Shown: positions 28,110 through 37,783, numbered from the stretch's first letter. The stretch: DNA of 64,000 nt from Sedimentitalea sp. (GCF_039941015.1 NZ_JBDVFI010000041.1); one strand, 5' to 3'. A program made the numbers and translations. The notes: generated by a model from the sequence alone, not told the origin.

Positions 28110-29186
28110 TTAGTATGGGAACGGCCAAAGCCTCAGCTTCTCCTTCGCCAGCCGCCACAATTGTGCCAGCCCGTGTGGTTCGACGATCAGAAAGAACACG
28201 ATCAACGCGCCGACGACGACCAATTGAAGATGCGCAACGATATCGGTTGGCCAGCCGAACATGTCGACGCCCACAACCTTGAGAACAACCGGCAGCAACA
28301 CCAGAAAGGCCGCGCCGGCAAAGGAGCCGAATATCGACCCCAGGCCGCCAACAATCACCATGAACAGCACGAGAAACGACTTGTTGATGCCAAACACCTC
28401 GCCGACCTCGACCGCGCCAAGGTAGACCGAAAAGAACAGCGCTCCGGAGATGCCGATAAAGAAGGAACTGACCGCAAACGCCGTCATCTTGGCCTTCAGC
28501 GGGTTCACCCCGATGATCTCGGCCGCGATGTCCATGTCGCGGATCGCCATCCATGTGCGACCCATCGTACCACGCGTCAGGTTCCGCGCAATCAGGGCGC
28601 TGAACGTGACAAAGATCAGACAGAACATATAGGTGGCCCAGGCCGGCGCGCTCGCACCGGTAATCAGCACGCCGAAAACTTCGCGCTCGGGTGCACTGAT
28701 CTGACCAGAGGCAGAATAGTTGTAGAACCAGGGCACCCGGTTGAACAGCCAGACAAGAAAGAACTGCGCCGCCAGCGTCGCGACAGCTAGGTAGAACCCC
28801 TTGATCCGCAAACTTGGCAGCCCGAACAAGACCCCGACACCCGCAGTTACGACACCTGCCAAAGTCACATGCACGAACATGCTGACATCCGGGAACGAGG
28901 TCATCAGCTTATAGCAGGCATAGGCGCCCACCGCCATGAACCCACCGGTACCCAGACTGACTTGCCCGCAATATCCGGTCAGGATGTTCAACCCAATCGC
29001 CGCGATTGCATAGATCAGGAACGGCAACAGAATTGCGTTGGCCCAGTAATCGTTGATGATGAAAGGCACCACCAGAAAGGCAATGACAAGCACCGCATAG
29101 TATCGGTACCGATCGAACCGGATCGGAAAAGTCTGGTTGTCAGAGGCATACGAGGTATGGAAATCCCCGGCTTCACGATAGAACAT
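28110..29186 (-). CDS. HAAT-family ABC transporter permease (LivM-like)
   Basis: 358 aa polytopic membrane protein, ...ILTGYCGQVSLGTGGFMAVGAY.... Confidence 0.88.
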   Translation of the reverse strand: MFYREAGDFHTSYASDNQTFPIRFDRYRYYAVLVIAFLVVPFIINDYWANAILLPFLIYAIAAIGLNILTGYCGQVSLGTGGFMAVGAYACYKLMTSFPDVSMFVHVTLAGVVTAGVGVLFGLPSLRIKGFYLAVATLAAQFFLVWLFNRVPWFYNYSASGQISAPEREVFGVLITGASAPAWATYMFCLIFVTFSALIARNLTRGTMGRTWMAIRDMDIAAEIIGVNPLKAKMTAFAVSSFFIGISGALFFSVYLGAVEVGEVFGINKSFLVLFMVIVGGLGSIFGSFAGAAFLVLLPVVLKVVGVDMFGWPTDIVAHLQLVVVGALIVFFLIVEPHGLAQLWRLAKEKLRLWPFPY

Positions 29187-29188
29187 GC

Positions 29189-29446
29189 TCAGCTTGCCCC
29201 CTTGGCATGTGCGCGGTTGCGCGTTTCGGCATCAAGCTGGTTGGACTTGCGCGCATAACCGCTCGCCTCCGCAGCACGCACCAGTTTCATGTAGGCCAGA
29301 ATGCCCCCGACGAAACCAGCAAAGGCCAGCAGCGCCGCAATTACGATTTGCTTGTCACTCAGCCCGTCGGCGGTCAGGGCGAGATAGCCAAAGGCCCAAA
29401 ACCCCGACCAGGCGATCACGTTAAGGATGGCAACGAACTTGGTCAT
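29189..29446 (-). CDS. small membrane protein embedded between the two permease genes
   Basis: 85 aa. Three hydrophobic segments (FVAILNVIAWSGFWAFGYLAL, QIVIAALLAFAGFVGGILAY...). Two-nt gaps to livH-like (stop 29449) and livM-like (start 29186). Confidence 0.6.
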   Translation of the reverse strand: MTKFVAILNVIAWSGFWAFGYLALTADGLSDKQIVIAALLAFAGFVGGILAYMKLVRAAEASGYARKSNQLDAETRNRAHAKGAS

Positions 29447-29448
29447 GG

Positions 29449-30435
29449 CTACACCCTCTCGATGATCTTTTCGCCAAACAGGCCCTGCGGACGGAACAGC
29501 AGGAACAGCAGCGCCAAGACATAAGCAAACCAGTTCTCGGTGGCACCACCCACCATTGGGCCGATCGCGAATTCAAACATCTTTTCGCCAACGCCAATGA
29601 TCAATCCGCCGACAATCGCGCCGGGGATCGACGTAAAGCCACCCAGCATCAGGACCGGCAACGCCTTGAGCGCAATCAGCGACAGGCTGAACTGCACGCC
29701 CGATTTGGTGCCCCACATGATACCAGCAACCAGCGCCACGATTCCGGCCAGCGACCAGACCAGTACCCAGATGAAATTCAGCGAAATCCCAACCGACAAT
29801 GCAGCCTGATGGTCATCCGCAACGGCCCGCAAGGCGCGTCCCTGCTTGGTATACTGGCTGAAAAGCATCAACGCGATCACCAGCAGCGCCGCGATAATAC
29901 TGGCCACGATGTCAAGATTGTCGATAAAGAACCCATAACCAAAGATTTCGTAAGTCACCGTATCGATCGTCTCGTTGATCCCCTGCGGCAGCCCGACATC
30001 AAGTTTCTTGATCTCTGAACCCCACATCAGATCGCTCAGACCTTCAAGGAAATAGGCCAGCCCGATGGTCGCCATGAACAGGATGATCGGTTCCTGGTTG
30101 ACCAGATGCCCCATGACGAACTTCTGCACAGCCATCGCCAAAAGAACCATGACCCCGACCGTCAGGATGATCGCGAACAGCGCCGGGACATGCCAACCGA
30201 AATGGTGGATATCCGTGCCGAATATCGCGTTGATCAGATGCGAGAACGGCACCTGCCCTTCCATGATCCCAACCAGCGTCATTGCTGCAAACAGCGCCAT
30301 GACACCCTGCGCGAAATTAAAAATCCCGGACGCCTTGAAGATCAGCACAAAGCCCAGCGCCACCAGCGCATAGAGTACCCCGGCCATCAGACCGTTCAGA
30401 AAGACCTCCATCGCGAAAACCAACTGCTCAGGCAT
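29449..30435 (-). CDS. HAAT-family ABC transporter permease (LivH-like)
   Basis: About 328 aa, MPEQLVFAMEVFLNGLMAGVLYALVALGFVLIFKASGIFNFAQG..., a LivH-type N-terminus. Confidence 0.88.
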   Translation of the reverse strand: MPEQLVFAMEVFLNGLMAGVLYALVALGFVLIFKASGIFNFAQGVMALFAAMTLVGIMEGQVPFSHLINAIFGTDIHHFGWHVPALFAIILTVGVMVLLAMAVQKFVMGHLVNQEPIILFMATIGLAYFLEGLSDLMWGSEIKKLDVGLPQGINETIDTVTYEIFGYGFFIDNLDIVASIIAALLVIALMLFSQYTKQGRALRAVADDHQAALSVGISLNFIWVLVWSLAGIVALVAGIMWGTKSGVQFSLSLIALKALPVLMLGGFTSIPGAIVGGLIIGVGEKMFEFAIGPMVGGATENWFAYVLALLFLLFRPQGLFGEKIIERV

Positions 30436-30467
30436 GCGCCACACTCCCCATCATCACTCGTGCCGGC

Positions 30468-31286
30468 TCAGTCATGGCTCACTCCCAGATAGGCATCGAT
30501 CACATCCTGATTGCTGCGCACCTCATCCGGTGTGCCATCGCCGATCTTTTTGCCGTAATCCATCACCACGACCCGGTCGCTCAGGTCCATGACCACGCCC
30601 ATGTCGTGTTCAATCAACGCGATGGTGGTGCCGAATTCGTCGTTCACATCCAGGATAAAGCGGCTCATGTCCTCTTTCTCCTCGACATTCATCCCCGCCA
30701 TCGGCTCGTCCAGCAACAACAGGGTCGGCTCCGCCGCCAACGCCCGCGCCAACTCAACCCGCTTCTTTAGGCCATAAGGCAGACGTGACACCGGGGTCTT
30801 GCGAATATGCTGGATCTCCAGAAAATCGATGACCTTCTCCGCAATGTCACGGTTCGCGGTTTCCTCAGTCTCGGCCTTGCCCTTCCACAGCGCCTGCGAC
30901 AGCAACCCACTCTTCATCTGTGTCAGCCGGCCGGTCATCACGTTGTCCAGAACGCTCATGCCCTCAAACAAGGCAATGTTCTGGAACGTCCGCGCGATGC
31001 CCTGGCGCGCCACTTCGTAGGGTCGCATCTGCGGGCGGCGCGATCCCTTGTACCAGACCTCGCCTTCCTGTGGCACGTAGAACCCGGAAATCACGTTCAG
31101 CATCGACGACTTACCGGCCCCGTTCGGGCCAATGATCGCCCGGATCTCACCCTCGCGAATGTCGAAACTGATGTCGGTGATCGCCTTCACCCCGCCAAAC
31201 CGCAGGGTGATGTTCTTCATCTCCATGACAACGCCGCCAATCTTGCGGCCATCCTCGGTCACATATCCTTCGGATGCATCAAGCAT
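30468..31286 (-). CDS. HAAT-family ABC transporter ATP-binding protein (LivG-like)
   Basis: Walker A GPNGAGKSS, Walker B LLLDEPMAG, LivG-type C-terminal extension. Confidence 0.88.
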   Translation of the reverse strand: MLDASEGYVTEDGRKIGGVVMEMKNITLRFGGVKAITDISFDIREGEIRAIIGPNGAGKSSMLNVISGFYVPQEGEVWYKGSRRPQMRPYEVARQGIARTFQNIALFEGMSVLDNVMTGRLTQMKSGLLSQALWKGKAETEETANRDIAEKVIDFLEIQHIRKTPVSRLPYGLKKRVELARALAAEPTLLLLDEPMAGMNVEEKEDMSRFILDVNDEFGTTIALIEHDMGVVMDLSDRVVVMDYGKKIGDGTPDEVRSNQDVIDAYLGVSHD

Positions 31287-31376
31287 CGCGGCGTCCTTTC
31301 ATGTTCGAGCAGTCCGTACCTTCATGGGACGGTGGGCGGGGCGATGACCGCAGGTCGAGCGTCGTCCGGCCGACCC

Positions 31377-33446
31377 TCATTCCGCGGCAACCTTCTGCGG
31401 GACAACTGGCAAAACCTTAGCATCACGAACTTCAAGCGTCGCCTTGATCGAACCCTTTCGCCCGTCTTCATAGGTCACTTCGGTCACCGTGCTCACCTTG
31501 GGCGAGCCATCATACAGTGCCTTGACGATGTCATCGTATTTGTCTTCGACAATCCGTCGCCGAACTTTGCGGGTGCGGGTCAATTCGCCATCATCCGCAT
31601 CCAGTTCTTTGTGCAGCACCACGAAACGATGCACCTGACAGCCCGACAACATCGGGTCTTCTGCAACCGACCGGTTGACCTCTTCGACGTGGCTCTGGAT
31701 CGTATCCATCACCTGCGGGTGCCCGGCCAGTTCCTGATAGGACGCATAGGCGACATTGTTCCGTTCAGCCCAGTTGCCCACAGCCGACAGGTCAATGTTG
31801 ATAAACGCCGTGCACTGGTCGCGGCCATTTCCAAAGACCACAGCCTCCAGCACGTTGGGATAGAATTTCAGCTTGTTTTCAACGTATTTCGGCGCAAACA
31901 GGCTGCCATCCGCCATCTTGCCCACATCCTTGGCGCGATCGATGATCCGCAGATGCCCGGTCTCTTCCTCAATGAACCCGGCATCGCCCGTCGCCACCCA
32001 GCCTTCGGCATCCTTGGTATCCGCAGTGCTCTCAGCGTTCTTGTAGTACTCGACGAACACGCCCGGACTGCGATAGAAAACCTCGCCGCTGTCCGCGATC
32101 TTCAGCTCCACGCCGGGGCTTGGCACACCCACCGTGTCCGACCGCACCTCACCGTCCGGCTGCGCCGTGATGAACACAGTGGCTTCGGTTTGCCCGTAAA
32201 GCTGTTTCAGATTGATCCCAAGCGAGCGGTAAAAATCGAAAATCTCCGGTCCGATTGCCTCGCCCGCCGTATAACCAACGCGCACCCGCGAAAAACCCAG
32301 CGTGTTCTTCAGCGGACCATAAACCAGCTTGTCCCCGATCTGGTACTTCAGCCGATCGACAAAGCTCACCGGTTTGCCATCCAGAATATCGGGTCCGACT
32401 TTGCGCGCGTGGGCCATATAGGTGTCAAACATCCGCTTTTTCAGCGGGCTGGCATCCTCCATCCGGATCATCACGTTCGTCAGCTGCGTTTCAAACACGC
32501 GCGGCGGCGCAAAGTAATAGGTCGGCCCGATCTCGCGCAGATCGGTCATCATGGTTTCCGGACTCTCCGGGCAATTGACGCAAAAGCCGCGCCAATACGC
32601 TTGTCCGATGGAAAAGATGAAATCGCCCACCCAAGCCATCGGCAGATAGGCCAGGATCTCGTCGCTCTGGCGCAGATCATCGAAATCAGAGGAGTTCTTC
32701 GCGCTTTCGATCACATTGCGGTTGGACAACACGACGCCCTTGGGTTTGCCCGTGGTGCCCGACGTGTAGAGCATGACGCAGGTGCTGTCGTAGTCGAGCT
32801 TGTCCTGCCGAGCTTTCAGTTCTGCGCTGAACTCATCGGACGCAGCACGGCCCTGATTCTGCACGTGGCTGTATTGGTGCAGATGTGAATGATCATATTT
32901 GCGCAATCCGCGTGGATCGAGATAGATCAGATGTTCGAACTGGTGCAGTTGATCCTGCACTTCGATCACCTTGTCGACCTGTTCCTGATCGCCCGCGATC
33001 ACGAACCGCGCACCGCAATGACCCAGAACATAGGCCATCTCTTCCGAATTGGCATCTTGGTACAGTGGCACCGGAACGGCGCCAACCATCTGCGCGGCAA
33101 CCATCGACCAATAAAGATACGGTCGGTTGCGCCCGATAATTGCGATGAAGTCGCCTTCGTTCACGCCGAGATTGATCAATCCCAGCGCAAGCGCTTCAAT
33201 CTCGTTTGCGGTTTCTTTCCAGGTCCAGCTTTGCCAGATCCCGAATTCCTTCTCCCGATAGGCGGAAGACGAACCGAATTCGTTTACATTGCGATGAAGC
33301 AACGCCGGTACGGATTGCAATCCACCGGCGCCTGTCAGCGGCTGAGCCAAGTCTGTTTCCTCCCACAACCGGCCTGTTAACCGGTCTTCGATCGTATTGT
33401 CTGCGACCTTACTGACTACACAACCCGGCGCGACACTCGTCGTCAA
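31377..33446 (-). CDS. AMP-dependent (long-chain-type) acyl-CoA synthetase
   Basis: AMP-binding motifs YTSGTTGKPKGV, GYTAGE/YGQTE, ATGDAG. The ORF track runs to 33608. I place the start at the TTG at 33446 (AGGAAA SD), but the start is uncertain; an ATG at 33518 is also possible. Confidence 0.8.
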   Translation of the reverse strand: MTTSVAPGCVVSKVADNTIEDRLTGRLWEETDLAQPLTGAGGLQSVPALLHRNVNEFGSSSAYREKEFGIWQSWTWKETANEIEALALGLINLGVNEGDFIAIIGRNRPYLYWSMVAAQMVGAVPVPLYQDANSEEMAYVLGHCGARFVIAGDQEQVDKVIEVQDQLHQFEHLIYLDPRGLRKYDHSHLHQYSHVQNQGRAASDEFSAELKARQDKLDYDSTCVMLYTSGTTGKPKGVVLSNRNVIESAKNSSDFDDLRQSDEILAYLPMAWVGDFIFSIGQAYWRGFCVNCPESPETMMTDLREIGPTYYFAPPRVFETQLTNVMIRMEDASPLKKRMFDTYMAHARKVGPDILDGKPVSFVDRLKYQIGDKLVYGPLKNTLGFSRVRVGYTAGEAIGPEIFDFYRSLGINLKQLYGQTEATVFITAQPDGEVRSDTVGVPSPGVELKIADSGEVFYRSPGVFVEYYKNAESTADTKDAEGWVATGDAGFIEEETGHLRIIDRAKDVGKMADGSLFAPKYVENKLKFYPNVLEAVVFGNGRDQCTAFINIDLSAVGNWAERNNVAYASYQELAGHPQVMDTIQSHVEEVNRSVAEDPMLSGCQVHRFVVLHKELDADDGELTRTRKVRRRIVEDKYDDIVKALYDGSPKVSTVTEVTYEDGRKGSIKATLEVRDAKVLPVVPQKVAAE

Positions 33447-33562
33447 CTTTTTCCTGAAGATTGCCCAATCCTTACGAATTGTAACACCGACCCACTCTGC
33501 CTTGACAAAGCCCGTCATGCGCCGGGAACTGAGGGTGGGAATTTGCTCAAGGGACGCCAACG

Positions 33563-34162
33563 ATGACAAAACCTGTCGTGGACTTCTGGTTCGAATTTGC
33601 CTCGACATATTCCTATCTCAGCGCCATGCGCCTGCCCGGCGCAGCCGAGGCTGCCGGGGTGTCGATCCGCTGGCGACCGTTCCTTTTGGGCCCGCTCTTC
33701 GCAGCACAAGGATTGCCGGATTCACCGTTCAAGGTTTATCCGACGAAGGGACGTTACATGTGGCGCGACATGCAACGCCGTGCCGACCAGCTTGGCCTGC
33801 CCTTTCGCCGGTTGGAAAAATTTCCTCAAAACGGACTGCATGCAGCGCGCATTGCACAGCTTGCCTTGCAGGAACCCGGCGGCATCGCCTTTTGCCAGAA
33901 CGTCTATCTCGCGGAATTTGCCGAAGGTCGCGACATTTCCGATCCCGACGTCCTTGGCGACTGCGCCGCGCGTGCTGGCCTGACTGAGGACATCCTGACG
34001 CGTGCACACATGGCCGATAACAAGCTGGCCCTGCGCCATGCGACGGAAACCGCCAGGGAACAAGGCCTGTTCGGCGCGCCAAGCTTTCTGGTCGGAACGG
34101 AACTGTTCTGGGGCGATGATCGACTGCAAGATGCCTTGGACTGGGCTGTTCGCCATGGTTAA
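33563..34162 (+). CDS. 2-hydroxychromene-2-carboxylate isomerase / DsbA-like family protein
   Basis: 199 aa, MTKPVVDFWFEFASTYSYLS...GLFGAPSFLVGTELFWGDDRL, typical of the HCCA isomerase family. Confidence 0.85.
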   Translation: MTKPVVDFWFEFASTYSYLSAMRLPGAAEAAGVSIRWRPFLLGPLFAAQGLPDSPFKVYPTKGRYMWRDMQRRADQLGLPFRRLEKFPQNGLHAARIAQLALQEPGGIAFCQNVYLAEFAEGRDISDPDVLGDCAARAGLTEDILTRAHMADNKLALRHATETAREQGLFGAPSFLVGTELFWGDDRLQDALDWAVRHG

Positions 34163-36097
34163 ATGATCCATCCCATTTGTGAGGAGACCACAGCCATCCC
34201 CCCTCGTGCCGACCAGACAAAGGCGATGACAACTGTCGGTCTGAACCTGATTGCCCAGGCAATTTCGATTTATGACAGTGATCTGCGGCTTGCGGTTTGC
34301 AACCGTCGGTTCAAGGAAATGTTCGACCTGCCCGATCATCTGGTGCAGGTTGGCGCCCGTTTCGACGACACGATCCGCCATATGGCAACCAAGGGCGAAT
34401 ACGGCACCGACCATGATATCGAGCGCGCGGTGCAGCAACGCGTCAATCAGGCGCTCGCCTTTGAACCCCATTATGTCGAGCGCGAGCGACCCAATGGCCA
34501 GACCATTTCGATCGAAGGCTCGCCCCTTCCGGAGGGTGGTTGGGTCACCGTCTATACCGACATTACACGCGCCAAACGCTCCGAAGCGCTGTTGCGCGCA
34601 CGCTCCGAAGAGCTGACCGATCAGGTTCTTTCCCATGCCGAAGATTTGGCGGCCACCAACCGCGAACTTGCTGCAACCATTACCGCGCTTGAGGAAGCCA
34701 AGCGCCAGTTGACCGAAATCGAGGCCCGAACACGGCTGACTACTGAAATGATGCCAGCCCATATCGCCCACGTGGATGATAACGGGCGCTACACCTATTC
34801 CAATCGTCGACTGTCCAGCGTCATGCCCGGTCGTCCGCAGGACATTGTCGGCATGCATATCGCCGAGGCACTTGGCGCGTCCGCCTTCGATCGGATCGAA
34901 CCGCATCTGAACGCCGCCTATCAGGGTGAAAGCCCGGTGTTCGAGTTTACCGAGAACCACAGTGCCCGGCGTATTCGCGTGGCCTTTACCCCAGACGGCA
35001 CCGGCGGGGTCTATATCCTGTCAATGGATGTGACCGGCGAAACCCAGGCACGGGTCGCGCTTCAGCAATCGCGACGTCGCGCACTCGCCGCGCAGATGAC
35101 CAGCGGGCTGGCGCATGATTTTTCGAACCTTTTGACCATCATCCTTGGCATGCAATCCAAACTTGCCCGGATGGATCTCGCGCCCGAAGCCAACAATCTG
35201 GTGACGGCGACCCAATCGGCAGCGCGGCGTGGTGGCCGGTTGCTTAACCGACTTGCCGATATGACCAGCGGCCGCACCTTGCGTCCGCAGGCAACCGACA
35301 TGCACGCGCTGCTCTCTGACCTCAAGCTGCTGGCGACACCTAGCCTGCCGCAGGCCGTTGGTTTCACCGTACTTGATCACATGCCAGACGAGGCGCTGTT
35401 ACTTGATCCGGGCATGCTACAGGACGCGCTGTTAAACCTCATCCTGAACGCCCGCGATGCCTGTGGCGCCACCGGCCAGATCACCATCAGCGCCCATTGC
35501 ATCGGCCGAACATGGATCGAGATCACTGCGACCGATACAGGGCCGGGTTTCTCAGCCGACGCGCTCGACAACGCGCTGAATCCGTTTTTCACGACCAAGG
35601 GCGGCGAAGGCAGCGGGCTGGGGCTGCCGATGGTCTATGACATGACCAAGCTCGCCGGCGGCGACCTGCAACTGGGCAACACAACAACCGGGGCGAGCGT
35701 AACGCTCCGCCTGCCTTATCGTGCGGCGCCCACCACCAGCGGCGGACTGACCCTGCTGGTCGAAGACAGCGAAGACCTGCGCGCCACCTTTCGTGACATG
35801 CTGATCGACCTTGGCCATGCAGTGATAGAGGCGACGTCGGTAGACGAGGCCACCGCCCTGACCGCTGATATCGACGACATCTCGCTGGTTCTGTCTGACA
35901 TCAATCTACGCGATGGCGGGTCGGGACTTGACCTGCTAGACAGGCTGTCCGCCAGCGGCCTGCCCTGTATCCTGATGACGTCGCTACCTCCGGATGATCC
36001 GCTGCACACCGCCGCCCTCGCCCGCGCGCCAGTCCTGCGCAAGCCCTTTTCCGCCGCCCAACTCGCGGCGTTGATCCAACCCGAGGTCGCCGCATGA
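34163..36097 (+). CDS. hybrid sensor histidine kinase (PAS - PAS - HisKA - HATPase - receiver)
   Basis: H-box SGLAHDFSNLLTII, G-boxes DTGPGF and GSGLGL, C-terminal receiver LLVEDSEDL...VLSDINLRDG. No Hpt domain. The start may be at 34226. Confidence 0.88.
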   Translation: MIHPICEETTAIPPRADQTKAMTTVGLNLIAQAISIYDSDLRLAVCNRRFKEMFDLPDHLVQVGARFDDTIRHMATKGEYGTDHDIERAVQQRVNQALAFEPHYVERERPNGQTISIEGSPLPEGGWVTVYTDITRAKRSEALLRARSEELTDQVLSHAEDLAATNRELAATITALEEAKRQLTEIEARTRLTTEMMPAHIAHVDDNGRYTYSNRRLSSVMPGRPQDIVGMHIAEALGASAFDRIEPHLNAAYQGESPVFEFTENHSARRIRVAFTPDGTGGVYILSMDVTGETQARVALQQSRRRALAAQMTSGLAHDFSNLLTIILGMQSKLARMDLAPEANNLVTATQSAARRGGRLLNRLADMTSGRTLRPQATDMHALLSDLKLLATPSLPQAVGFTVLDHMPDEALLLDPGMLQDALLNLILNARDACGATGQITISAHCIGRTWIEITATDTGPGFSADALDNALNPFFTTKGGEGSGLGLPMVYDMTKLAGGDLQLGNTTTGASVTLRLPYRAAPTTSGGLTLLVEDSEDLRATFRDMLIDLGHAVIEATSVDEATALTADIDDISLVLSDINLRDGGSGLDLLDRLSASGLPCILMTSLPPDDPLHTAALARAPVLRKPFSAAQLAALIQPEVAA

Positions 36098-36795
36098 GTG
36101 AACCCTTTGTCACCATTCTCGACGACGAGCCGGAAATCCGGCAGATGCTGGGCGAGGTTCTGAGCGAGGCGGGTTTCCGCACCCAGAGCTTTGCCCGAGC
36201 CCGCGAATTTGAGGCGGCGCTAAAGCACGTCACACCGGATGTCTGCCTTGTCGATCTGTCTTTGCCCGACACCGATGGCCTAGCGCTGGTGCATCGTCTA
36301 GCGCTGGAGCAGGGTGCGTCGGTCATCATCATTTCGGGTCGGGCGCAGGTACAGGACCGGGTGGCGGGGCTCGAACTTGGTGCCGACGATTATATCACCA
36401 AACCTTTTGATCCGACCGAAGTGGTGGCGCGCATTCGTGCCCGTCTGCGCAGCAATCGTGCGACGCCAAAATCAGGCAATACCGCGCGCTTTAACGGCTG
36501 GACCGCGCATTTTGAACGTTACACGCTAGAAAACGCAGACGGCGAGGAGACGCCCTTTTCCCATGCCGAAGCCGAGGTTCTGCGCCTGTTTCTAGACAGC
36601 CCCAAACGCCTCATCAGCCGTGCACAGATGCAGGAAAGCCTTGGCGGCGCTGCCGGAGAAAGCTTTGACCGCGCGATGGATGTGCGTATTTCGCGACTGC
36701 GCACGAAACTGGGCGAAGACCCCAAGAATCCGCGGCTGATCAAGACCATTTACGGTGCCGGGTACATCTTTCTTGGCGATGTCGCCTGGAGCTGA
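36094..36795 (+). CDS. OmpR/PhoB-family response regulator
   Basis: 233 aa. Receiver ILDDEPEI...CLVDLSLPDTDG. Winged-helix C-terminus ...RISRLRTKLGEDPKNPRLIKTIYGAGY. Overlaps the kinase stop (ATGA). Confidence 0.92.
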   Translation: MSEPFVTILDDEPEIRQMLGEVLSEAGFRTQSFARAREFEAALKHVTPDVCLVDLSLPDTDGLALVHRLALEQGASVIIISGRAQVQDRVAGLELGADDYITKPFDPTEVVARIRARLRSNRATPKSGNTARFNGWTAHFERYTLENADGEETPFSHAEAEVLRLFLDSPKRLISRAQMQESLGGAAGESFDRAMDVRISRLRTKLGEDPKNPRLIKTIYGAGYIFLGDVAWS

Positions 36796-36850
36796 CCGAC
36801 AGGCTGTTTTCTCCCTTGCCCGGCGTGATTTCGCGCCCTAAGATTCGGTC

Positions 36851-37078
36851 ATGGCCATCTGTCTGCTCTATCGCCAAACACCCTGCCGCGCCCCTCGGTT
36901 TTATCGCGTTGAAATCGCGATGAACCTGTTTGGCGAGGTTTCTGTGCTGCGTGAATGGGGTGTGGCACGTGGGCGCGGACACGGTGTGATCAACGTTTAC
37001 GGCAACCTGCGCGATGCGTCGATTGCGGCAGATCAGCATCGCAACCGCGCGATCGGCCGTGGTTACGCCAGAGCCTGA
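36851..37078 (+). CDS. small WGR-domain protein
   Basis: 75 aa, ...RFYRVEIAMNLFGEVSVLREWGVARGRGHGVINVYGNLRDA...GRGY, a WGR-like pattern. Confidence 0.65.
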   Translation: MAICLLYRQTPCRAPRFYRVEIAMNLFGEVSVLREWGVARGRGHGVINVYGNLRDASIAADQHRNRAIGRGYARA

Positions 37079-37213
37079 TCCCGGGATTTCAACAGTAATC
37101 TGATAGCGCCGAACCCACAGATTCCCAATGCGAATTGCGCAGTTATTTGCCTGTATACTTCGTGCCCGCCATCGATCTGCAGTCACTGTTCGGTCATTTG
37201 AGGCGTGCAAATT

Positions 37214-37699
37214 TCAGACCGGCAGCGCCGTCGTCTTGAACACCGTGCGCAGGGCAAAACTGCTCTGCATCTGTGCGACTCCCGGCAAGCGGGCCAGAAA
37301 CTGCCGGTGTATCCGTGCAAAATCTTCGGTGTTCTCGGCCACCACCTTGAGCAGGTAGTCGGCCGTTCCTGCCATCAGATGACACTCCAGTACATCGGGA
37401 ATGAGCGCGACCGCCTTTTCAAACGCATCCAGAACCTCGTCCGCCTGCCCTTGCAGCGTGATTTCAACAAAAACCGTGGTTCCCACGCCCATCTTGCGTG
37501 CATCCAGCAAAGCAACGTAGTCGCGAATGTATCCCTCGGCGTCCAGTCGCTGAACCCGCCGATGACAGGCCGAAGGGGACAGGTTTATCTTTTCCGACAG
37601 GTCCGAATTGGAGATCCGACCCGACGCCTGCAGGACCGCAAGAATACGTCTATCGAGTGCGTCCAGCCCCAATTGTGCAACTCCCTTGCGTAAAATCAT
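37214..37699 (-). CDS. Lrp/AsnC-family transcriptional regulator (AldR-like, divergent from ald)
   Basis: 161 aa. HTH LDRRILAVLQASGRISNSDLSEKINLSPSACHRRVQRL, then an RAM/AsnC_trans_reg C-terminal domain. Confidence 0.9.
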   Translation of the reverse strand: MILRKGVAQLGLDALDRRILAVLQASGRISNSDLSEKINLSPSACHRRVQRLDAEGYIRDYVALLDARKMGVGTTVFVEITLQGQADEVLDAFEKAVALIPDVLECHLMAGTADYLLKVVAENTEDFARIHRQFLARLPGVAQMQSSFALRTVFKTTALPV

Positions 37700-37752
37700 A
37701 AGTTCTTGGAAGATTATTCAATCGGCAATCTGTTGACCAGCAACATTATCAC

Positions 37753-37783
37753 GATACTTGCTGCGGTATCCGCCGATACTTGC
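37753..37783. promoter_or_regulatory. direct repeats in the Lrp-ald divergent spacer (candidate operator)
   Basis: GATACTTGC at 37753-37761 and again at 37775-37783, 22 bp centre to centre. Between them lies the palindrome GTATC-CGCC-GATAC. The repeats sit 30-60 nt upstream of the ald ATG. Confidence 0.35.

Noticed and set aside
30807-32888. Very long ORFs antisense to real genes (30807-32888 +, 26687-28084 +, 45771-47216 +, 33722-34960 -, 18701-19795 -, 54581-55672 -, 7575-8744 +, 9438-10496 +, 20949-21482 -)
   Set aside because: These are typical stop-codon-poor antisense frames of GC-rich genes. Their translations are Arg/Gly/His/Pro-rich and low-complexity with no motifs, whereas the opposite strand carries clear catalytic motifs.
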